Shown one piece after another: positions 54,551 through 64,000 of a DNA stretch of 64,000 nt. The position numbers were made by a program, and so were the translations under genes. The notes under the pieces are model-generated. The model saw only the letters and a program-made list of their open reading frames with translations, did no database searches and was not told the DNA's origin. Every line of letters starts with the position of its first letter. The stretch's first letter is position 1. Origin of the DNA: Azolla caroliniana. Lineage: Eukaryota; Plantae; Polypodiophyta. The stretch lies in contig JBHGNT010000024.1 of the NCBI GenBank assembly GCA_043228905.1, positions 1 to 64,000 of the forward strand, written 5' to 3'.

Positions 54551-57500
54551 TGTGTTCAAACATGCGAATCGAAGCTAACAACGCTAGCTATGATACGGAA
54601 TTAAAAAATCAAGATTTTGAAACTCAGGTCGAGAGACATGACGAAAATAGCAAACTTGAGGAGGGAGTTGAGAAGAGCCCTTGAGTAAATTAAAATGTTC
54701 ATACCTGGCTCGTGTGATATCGGATTTTTGTGTTCAAACATGCGAATGGAAGCTGGCGACGCTACCTATGATATGGAATTAAAAAATCAAGATTTTGGAA
54801 CTCAGGTCGAGAGACATGACGAAAATAGCAAACTTGAGGAGGGAGTTGAGAGGAGCCCTTGAGTTAATTAAAATGTTCATACCTGGCTCGTGTGGTATCG
54901 GATTTTTGTGTTCAAACATGCGAATCGAAGCTAACAATGCTAGCTATGATATGGAATTAAAAAATCAAGATTTTAAAACTCAAGTCCAGAGACATGACGA
55001 AATTACCTAATTTGAGGAGTGAGTTCAGAAGAGCTAGTAGGTAAATTTAAATGTTCATACCTGGCTCGTGTCATATCGGATTTATGTGTTCAAATATGCG
55101 AATCGAAGCTAACAACGCTAGCTATGATATGGAATTAAAAAATCAAGATTTTGAAACTCAGGTCGAGAGACATGACGAAAATAGAAAACTTGAGGAGGAA
55201 GTTGAGAGCAGCCCTTGAGTAAATTAAAATGTTCATACCTGGCTCGTGTGATATCGGATTTTTGTGTTCAAACATGCCAATCGAAGCTAACAACGCTACC
55301 TATGATATGGAATTAAAAAATCAAGATTTTAAAACTCAAGTCCAGAGACATGACGAAATTACCAAATTTGAGGAGTGAGTTGAGAAGAGGTAGTAGGTAA
55401 ATTAAATTGTTCATACCTGGCTCGTGTCATATCGGATTTATCTGTTCAAATATGCGAATCGAAGCTAACAACGCTAGCTATGAGATGGAATTAAAAAACC
55501 AAGATTTTGAAACTCAGGTCGAGAGACATGACGAAAATAGCAAACTTGAGGAAGGAGTTTAGAAGAGCTAGTAGGTAAATTAAAATGTTCATACCTGGCT
55601 CGTGTGATATCCGTTTTTGTGTTCAAACATGCCAATCGAAGCTAACAACGCTAGCTATGGTATGGAATTAAAAAATCAAGAATTTGAAACTCAGGTCGAG
55701 AGATGTGACGAAATTACCAAATTTGAGGAATGATTTGAGAGGAGCCCTTGGTAAATTAAAATGTTCATATCGGGCTCGTGTGATATCGGATTTTTGTGTT
55801 CAAACATGCAAATCGAAGCTAACAACGCTACCTATGATATGGAATTAAAAAATCAAGATTTTGAAACTCAGGTCGAGAGACATGACGAAATTACCAAATT
55901 GGAGGAGTGAGTTGAGAAGAGGTAGTAGGTAAATTAAAATGTTCATACCTGGCTCGTGTCATATCGGATTTTTGTGTTCAAACATGCGAATCGAAGCTAA
56001 CAACGCTACCTATGATATGGAATTAAAAAATCAAGATTTTGAAACTCACGTCGAGAGACATGACGAAAATAGCAAACTTGAGGAGGGAGTTGAGAGGAGC
56101 CCTTGAGTAAATTAAAATGTTCATACCTGGTTCTTGTGATATTGGATTTTTGTGTTTAAACATGCAAATCGAAGCTAGCAACGCTAGCTATGATATGGAA
56201 TTAAAAAATCAAGATTTTGAAACTCAGGTCGAGAGACATGACGAAAATTGCAAACTTGAGGAGGGAGTTGAGAGGAGCCCTTGAGTAAATTAAAATGTTC
56301 ATACCTGGCTCGTGTGATATCGGATTTTTGTGTTCAAACATGCGAATCGAAGCTGGCGACGCTACCTATGATATGGAATTAAAAAATCAAGATTTTGAAA
56401 CTCAGGTCGAGAGACATAACGAAAATAGCAAACTTGAGGAGGGAGTTGAGAGGAGCCCTTGAGTAAATTAAAATGTTCATACCTGGCTCTTGTGATATCG
56501 GATTTTTGTGTTCAAACATGCGAATCGAAGCTGGCGACGCTACCTATGATATGGAATTAAAAAATCAAGATTTTGAAACTCAGGTCGAGAGACATAACGA
56601 AAATAGCAAACTTGAGGAGGGAGTTGAGAGGAGCCCTTGAGTAAATTAAAATGTTCATACCTGGCTCTTGTGATATCGGATTTTTGTGTTCAAACATGCG
56701 AATCGAAGCTAACAACGCTAGCTATGATATGGAATTTAAAAATCAAGATTTTAAAAGTCAAGTCCAGAGACATGACGAAAATAGCAAACTTGAGGAGGGA
56801 GTTGAGAGGAGCCCTTGAGTAAATTAAAATGTTCATACCTGGCTCTTGTGATATCGGATTATTGTGTTCAAACATGCAAATCGAAGCTAACAACGCTACC
56901 TATGATATGGAATTAAAAAATCAAGAATTTGAAACTCAGGTCGAGAGACATAACGAAAATAGCAAACTTGAGGAGGGAGTTGAGAGGAGCCCTTGAGTAA
57001 ATTAAAATGTTCATACCTGGCTCTTGTGATATCGGATTTTTGTGTTCAAACATGCGAATCGAAGCTAACAACGCTAGCTATGATGTGGAATTAAAAAATC
57101 AAGATTTTGAAATTCAGGTCGAGAGACATGACGAAAATAGCAAACTTGAGGAGGGAGTTGAGAGGAGCCCTTGAGTTAATTAAAATGTTCATACCTGGCT
57201 CGTGTGGTATCGGAATTTTGTGTTCAAACATGCGAATCGAAGCTAACAATGCTAGCTATGATATGGAATTAAAAAATCAAGATTTTAAAACTCAAGTCCA
57301 GAGACATGACGAAATTACCTAATTTGAGGAGTGAGTTGAGAAGAGCTAGTAGGTAAATTTAAATGTTCATACCTGGCTCGTGTCATATCGGATTTATGTG
57401 TTCAAATATGCGAATCGAAGCTAACAACGCTAGCTATGATATGGAATTAAAAAATCAAGATTTTGAAACTCAGGTCGAGAGACATGACGAAAATAGCAAA

Positions 57501-60500
57501 CTTGAGGAGGGAGTTGAGAGGAGCCCTTGAGTAAATTAAAATGTTCATACCTGGCTCGTGTGATATCGGATTTTTGTGTTCAAACATGCGAATCGAAGCT
57601 AACAACGCTACCTATGATATGGAATTAAAAAATCAAGATTTTGAAACTCAGGTCGAGAGACATGACGGAATTACCAAATTTGAGGAGTGATTTGAGAGGA
57701 GCCCTTGAGTAAATTAAAATGTTCATATCGGGCTCGTGTGATATCGGATTTTTGTGTTCAAACATGCAAATCGAAGCTAACAACGCTACCTATGATATGG
57801 AATTAAAAAATCAAGATTTTGAAACTCAGGTCGAGAGACATGATGAAAATAGCAAACTTGAGGAGGGAGTTGAGAAGAGCCCTTGAGTAAATTAAAATGT
57901 TCATACCTGGCTCGTGTGATATCGGATTTTTGTGTTCAAACATGCGAATCGAAGCTAACAACGCTACCTATGATATGGAATTAAAAAATCAAGATTTTGA
58001 AACTCAGGTCGAGAGACATGACGGAATTACCAAATTTGAGGAGTGATTTGAGAGGAGCCCTTGAGTAAATTAAAATGTTCATATCGGGCTCGTGTGATAT
58101 CGGATTTTTGTGTTCAAACATGCAAATCGAAGCTAACAACGCTACCTATGATATGGAATTTAAAAATCAAGATTTTAAAAGTCAAGTCCAGAGACATGAC
58201 GAAAATAGCAAACTTGAGGAGGGAGTTGAGAGGAGCCCTTGAGTAAATTAAAATGTTCATACCTGGCTCTTGTGATATCGGATTATTGTGTTCAAACATG
58301 CAAATCGAAGCTAACAACGCTACCTATGATATGGAATTAAAAAATCAAGAATTTGAAACTCAGGTCGAGAGACATAACGAAAATAGCAAACTTGAGGAGG
58401 GAGTTGAGAGGAGCCCTTGAGTAAATTAAAATGTTCATACCTGGCTCTTGTGATATCGGATTTTTGTGTTCAAACATGCGAATCGAAGCTAACAACGCTA
58501 GCTATGATGTGGAATTAAAAAATCAAGATTTTGAAATTCAGGTCGAGAGACATGACGAAAATAGCAAACTTGAGGAGGGAGTTGAGAGGAGCCCTTGAGT
58601 TAATTAAAATGTTCATACCTGGCTCGTGTGGTATCGGAATTTTGTGTTCAAACATGCGAATCGAAGCTAACAATGCTAGCTATGATATGGAATTAAAAAA
58701 TCAAGATTTTAAAACTCAAGTCCAGAGACATGACGAAATTACCTAATTTGAGGAGTGAGTTGAGAAGAGCTAGTAGGTAAATTTAAATGTTCATACCTGG
58801 CTCGTGTCATATCGGATTTATGTGTTCAAATATGCGAATCGAAGCTAACAACGCTAGCTATGATATGGAATTAAAAAATCAAGATTTTGAAACTCAGGTC
58901 GAGAGACATGGCGAAAATAGCAAACTTGAGGAGGGAGTTGAGAGGAGCCCTTGAGTTAATTAAAATGTTCATACCTGGCTCGTGTGGTATCGGATTTTTG
59001 TGTTCAAACATGCGAATCGAAGCTAACAATGCTAGCTATGATATGGAATTAAAAAGTCAAGATTTTAAAACTCAAGTCCAGAGACATGACGAAATTACCT
59101 AATTTGAGGAGTGAGTTGAGAAGAGCTAGTAGGTAAATTTAAATGTTCATACCTGGCTCGTGTCATATCGGATTTATGTGTTCAAATATGCGAATCGAAG
59201 CTAACAACGCTAGCTATGATATGGAATTAAAAAATCAAGATTTTGAAACTCAGGTCGAGAGACATGACGAAAATAGAAAACTTGAGGAGGGAGTTGAGAG
59301 CAGCCCTTGAGTAAATTAAAATGTTCATACCTGGCTCGTGTGATATCGGATTTTTGTGTTCAAACATGCCAATCGAAGCTAACAACGCTACCTATGATAT
59401 GGAATTAAAAAATCAAGATTTTAAAACTCAAGTCCAGAGACATGACGAAATTACCAAATTTGAGGAGTGAGTTGAGAAGAGGTAGTAGGTAAATTAAAAT
59501 GTTCATACCTGGCTCGTGTCATATCGGATTTATCTGTTCAAATATGCGAATCGAAGCTAACAACGCTAGCTATGAGATGGAATTAAAAAACCAAGATTTT
59601 GAAACTCAGGTCGAGAGACATGACGAAAATAGCAAACTTGAGGCAGGAGTTTAGAAGAGCTAGTAGGTAAATTAAAATGTTCATACCTGGCTCGTGTGAT
59701 ATCCGTTTTTGTGTTCAAACATGCCAATCGAAGCTAACAACGCTACCTATGGTATGGAATTAAAAAATCAAGAGTTTGAAACTCAGGTCGAGAGATGTGA
59801 CGAAATTACCAAATTTGAGGAATGATTTGAGAGGAGCCCTTGAGTAAATTAAAATGTTCATATCGGGCTCGTGTGATATCGGATTTTTGTGTTCAAACAT
59901 GCAAATCGAAACTAACAACGCTACCTATGATATGGAATTAAAAAATCAAGATTTTGAAACTCAGGTCGAGAGACATGACGAAATTACCAAATTGGAGGAG
60001 TGAGTTGAGAAGAGGTAGTAGGTAAATTAAAATGTTCATACCTGGCTCGTGTCATATCGGATTTTTGTGTTCAAACATGCGAATCGAAGCTAACAACGCT
60101 ACCTATGATATGGAATTAAAAAATCAAGATTTTGAAACTCAGGTCGAGAGACATGACGAAAATAGCAAACTTGAGGAGGGAGTTGAGAGGAGCCCTTGAG
60201 TAAATTAAAATGTTCATACCAGGCTCTTGTGATATTGGATTTTTGTGTTCAAACATGCAAATCGAAGCTAGCAACGCTAGCTATGATATGGAATTAAAAA
60301 ATCAAGATTTTGAAATTCAGGTCGAGAGACATGACGAAAATTGCAAACTTGAGGAGGGAGTTGAGAGGAGCCCTTGAGTAAATTAAAATGTTCATACCTG
60401 GCTCGTGTGATATCGGATTTTTGTGTTCAAACATGCGAATCGAAGCTGGCGACGCTACCTATGATATGGAATTAAAAAATCAAGATTTTGAAACTCAGGT

Positions 60501-63500
60501 CGAGAGACATAACGAAAATAGCAAACTTGAGGAAGGAGTTTAGAAGAGCTAGTAGGTAAATTAAAATGTTCATACCTGGCTCGTGTGATATCCGTTTTTG
60601 TGTTCAAACATGCCAATCGAAGCTAACAACGCTACCTATGGTATGGAATTAAAAAATCAAGAATTTGAAACTCAGGTCGAGAGATGTGACGAAATTACCA
60701 AATTTGAGGAATGATTTGAGAGGAGCCCTTGAGTAAATTAAAATGTTCATATCGGGCTCGTGTGATATCGGATTTTTGTGTTCAAACATGCAAATCGAAG
60801 CTAACAACGCTACCTATGATATGGAATTAAAAAATCAAGATTTTGAAACTCAGGTCGAGAGACATGACGAAATTACCAAATTGGAGGAGTGAGTTGAGAA
60901 GAGGTAGTAGGTAAATTAAAATGTTCATACCTGGCTCGTGTCATATCGGATTTTTGTGTTCAAACATGCGAATCGAAGCTAACAACGCTACCTATGATAT
61001 GGAATTAAAAAATCAAGATTTTGAAACTCAGGTCGAGAGACATGACGAAAATAGCAAACTTGAGGAGGGAGTTGAGAGGAGCCCTTGAGTAAATTAAAAT
61101 GTTCATACCAGGCTCTTGTGATATTGGATTTTTGTGTTCAAACATGCAAATCGAAGCTAGCAACGCTAGCTATGATATGGAATTAAAAAATCAAGATTTT
61201 GAAATTCAGGTCGAGAGACATGACGAAAATTGCAAACTTGAGGAGGGAGTTGAGAGGAGCCCTTGAGTAAATTAAAATGTTCATACCTGGCTCTTGTGAT
61301 ATCGGATTTTTGTGTTCAAACATGCGAATCGAAGCTGGCGACGCTACCTATGATATGGAATTAAAAAATCAAGATTTTCAAACTCAGGTCGAGAGACATA
61401 ACGAAAATAGCAAACTTGAGGAGGGAGTTGAGAGGAGCCCTTGAGTAAATTAAAATGTTCATACCTGGCTCTTGTGATATCGGATTTTTGTGTTCAAACA
61501 TGCGAATCGAAGCTAACAACGCTAGCTATGATATGGAATTTAAAAATCAAGATTTTAAAAGTCAAGTCCAGAGACATGACGAAAATAGCAAACTTGAGGA
61601 GGGAGTTGAGAGGAGCCCTTGAGTAAATTAAAATGTTCATACCTGGCTCTTGTGATATCGGATTATTGTGTTCAAACATGCAAATCGAAGCTAACAACGC
61701 TACCTATGATATGGAATTAAAAAATCAAGAATTTGAAACTCAGGTCGAGAGACATAACGGAAATAGCAAACTTGAGGAGGGAGTTGAGAGGAGCCCTTGA
61801 GTAAATTAAAATGTTCATACCTGGCTCTTGTGATATCGGAATTTTGTGTTCAAACATGCGAATCGAAGCTAACAACGCTAGCTATGATGTGGAATTAAAA
61901 AATCAAGATTTTGAAATTCAGGTCGAGAGACATGACGAAAATAGCAAACTTGAGGAGGGAGTTGAGAGGAGCCCTTGAGTTAATTAAAATGTTCATACCT
62001 GGCTCGTGTGGTATCGGAATTTTGTGTTCAAACATGCGAATCGAAGCTAACAATGCTAGCTATGATATGGAATTAAAAAATCAAGATTTTAAAACTCAAG
62101 TCCAGAGACATGACGAAATTACCTAATTTGAGAAGTGAGTTGAGAAGAGCTAGTAGGTAAATTTAAATGTTCATACCTGGCTCGTGTCATATCGGATTTA
62201 TGTGTTCAAATATGCGAATCGAAGCTAACAACGCTAGCTATGATACGGAATTAAAAAATCAAGATTTTGAAACTCAGGTCGAGAGACATGACGAAAATAG
62301 CAAACTTGAGGAGGGAGTTGAGAAGAGCCCTTGAGTAAATTAAAATGTTCATACCTGGCTCGTGTGATATCGGATTTTTGTGTTCAAACATGCGAATGGA
62401 AGCTGGCGACGCTACCTATGATATGGAATTAAAAAATCAAGATTTTGGAACTCAGGTCGAGAGACATGACGAAAATAGCAAACTTGAGGAGGGAGTTGAG
62501 AGGAGCCCTTGAGTTAATTAAAATGTTCATACCTGGCTCGTGTGGTATCGGATTTTTGTGTTCAAACATGCGAATCGAAGCTAACAATGCTAGCTATGAT
62601 ATGGAATTAAAAAATCAAGATTTTAAAACTCAAGTCCAGAGACATGACGAAATTACCTAATTTGAGGAGTGAGTTGAGAAGAGCTAGTAGGTAAATTTAA
62701 ATGTTCATACCTGGCTCGTGTCATATCGGATTTATGTGTTCAAATATGCGAATCGAAGCTAACAACGCTAGCTATGATATGGAATTAAAAAATCAAGATT
62801 TTGAAACTCAGGTCGAGAGACATGACGAAAATAGAAAACTTGAGGAGGGAGTTGAGAGCAGCCCTTGAGTAAATTAAAATGTTCATACCTGGCTCGTGTG
62901 ATATCGGATTTTTGTGTTCAAACATGCCAATCGAAGCTAACGACGCTACCTATGATATGGAATTAAAAAATCAAGATTTTAAAACTCAAGTCCAGAGACA
63001 TGACGAAATTACCAAATTTGAGGAGTGAGTTGAGAAGAGGTAGTAGGTAAATTAAAATGTTCATACCTGGCTCGTGTCATATCGGATTTATCTGTTCAAA
63101 TATGCGAATCGAAGCTAACAACGCTAGCTATGAGATGGAATTAAAAAACCAAGATTTTGAAACTCAGGTCGAGAGACATGACGAAAATAGCAAACTTGAG
63201 GAAGGAGTTTAGAAGAGCTAGTAGGTAAATTAAAATGTTCATACCTGGCTCGTGTGATATCCGTTTTTGTGTTCAAACATGCCAATCGAAGCTAACAACG
63301 CTAGCTATGGTATGGAATTAAAAAATCAAGAATTTGAAACTCAGGTCGAGAGATGTGACGAAATTACCAAATTTGAGGAATGATTTGAGAGGAGCCCTTG
63401 AGTAAATTAAAATGTTCATATCGGGCTCGTGTGATATCGGATTTTTGTGTTCAAACATGCAAATCGAAGCTAACAACGCTACCTATGATATGGAATTAAA

Positions 63501-64000
63501 AAATCAAGATTTTGAAACTCAGGTCGAGAGACATGACGAAATTACCAAATTGGAGGAGTGAGTTGAGAAGAGGTAGTAGGTAAATTAAAATGTTCATACC
63601 TGGCTCGTGTCATATCGGATTTTTGTGTTCAAACATGCGAATCGAAGCTAACAACGCTACCTATGATATGGAATTAAAAAATCAACATTTTGAAACTCAC
63701 GTCGAGAGACATGACGAAAATAGCAAACTTGAGGAGGGAGTTGAGAGGAGCCCTTGAGTAAATTAAAATGTTCATACCTGGCTCTTGTGATATTGGATTT
63801 TTGTGTTCAAACATGCAAATCGAAGCTAGCAACGCTAGCTATGATATGGAATTAAAAAATCAAGATTTTGAAACTCAGGTCGAGAGACATGACGAAAATT
63901 GCAAACTTGAGGAGGGAGTTGAGAGGAGCCCTTGAGTAAATTAAAATGTTCATACCTGGCTCGTGTGATATCGGATTTTTGTGTTCAAACATGCGAATCG
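54550..64000 (+). repeat. Mosaic HOR domain with 8-mer (1424 bp) and 5-mer (889 bp) duplications and a ~1.8-kb block repeated at 7650 bp
   Basis: ORFs 56637/58061 and 57107/58531 (1424 apart); 1-bp deletion ATCCGTTTTTG at ~59701 and ~60590 (889); identical ORFs 54795/62445 (7650). Confidence 0.8.

Larger units (their letters stand above)
500..64000 (+). repeat. Tandem satellite array, 178-bp monomer, head-to-tail, about 357 copies; putative (peri)centromeric satellite
   Basis: Consensus GAGTAAATTAAAATGTTCATACCTGGCTCGTGTGATATCGGATTTTTGTGTTCAAACATGCGAATCGAAGCTAACAACGCTAGCTATGATATGGAATTAAAAAATCAAGATTTTGAAACTCAGGTCGAGAGACATGACGAAATTACCAAATTTGAGGAGTGAGTTGAGAGGAGCCCTT (178 nt) recurs to the window end; adjacent track ORFs are offset by exactly 178 (14757/14935). 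Centromeric role is inferred only from size and organisation. Confidence 0.98.

Noticed and set aside
1446-61697. Repeated 67-aa minus-strand ORFs (MLASIRMFEHKNPISHEPG...)
   Set aside because: They span about one monomer, begin at non-ATG codons, and appear only where a SNP removes a stop (e.g. GGAATTA to GGAAATA). No recognisable domain; the hydrophobic look comes from A/T tracts.
27462-62660. Repeated 61-aa and 71-aa plus-strand ORFs
   Set aside because: Chance frames of the satellite, amplified with the HORs and often overlapping the minus-strand ORFs.
1-64000. CRISPR array or other repeat-spacer system
   Set aside because: No unique spacers; the whole 178 bp is repeated and there are no cas or other genes.
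1-64000. Assignment to Arabidopsis CEN178/CEN180, Brassica CentBr or primate alpha satellite
   Set aside because: Length is similar, but I do not recognise their characteristic sequence here and saw no canonical CENP-B box (TTCG....A..CGGG). Needs a database search.
1-64000. 5S rDNA, tRNA or snRNA tandem array
   Set aside because: No recognisable 5S, tRNA or snRNA sequence or Pol III A/B/C boxes in the monomer.
1-64000. Transposon or retroelement insertion
   Set aside because: No non-satellite interval, LTR, terminal inverted repeat or transposase/RT frame was seen, including at the inversion junction.

Overview
The whole 64 kb window is one uninterrupted tandem satellite array: about 360 copies of a 178-bp monomer, about 38% GC by hand count of the consensus. 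I found no unique sequence, transposon insertion, RNA gene or credible protein-coding gene; every ORF in the track is a reading frame of the repeat. Monomer size and organisation resemble eukaryotic (peri)centromeric satellite, but I cannot name the family or species. The informative structure lies in the variants: (1) a strand-inversion junction at 498/500 whose inverted arm is a paralogue of 6407-6904; (2) a series of local higher-order repeats (9-mer 1563 bp, 5-mer 890 bp, 11-mer 1919 bp with 6/8/12-mer variants, 18-mer 3164 bp, 25-mer ~4453 bp containing a 535-bp trimer, 11-mer 1957 bp, 8- and 5-mers); (3) a dimorphic sequence box splitting monomers into two types; (4) a left-to-right subfamily turnover with displaced islands; (5) deletions, two of them bounded by 4-bp microhomology. 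I see no new gene system here. Block boundaries were placed by eye and are approximate to within about one monomer.
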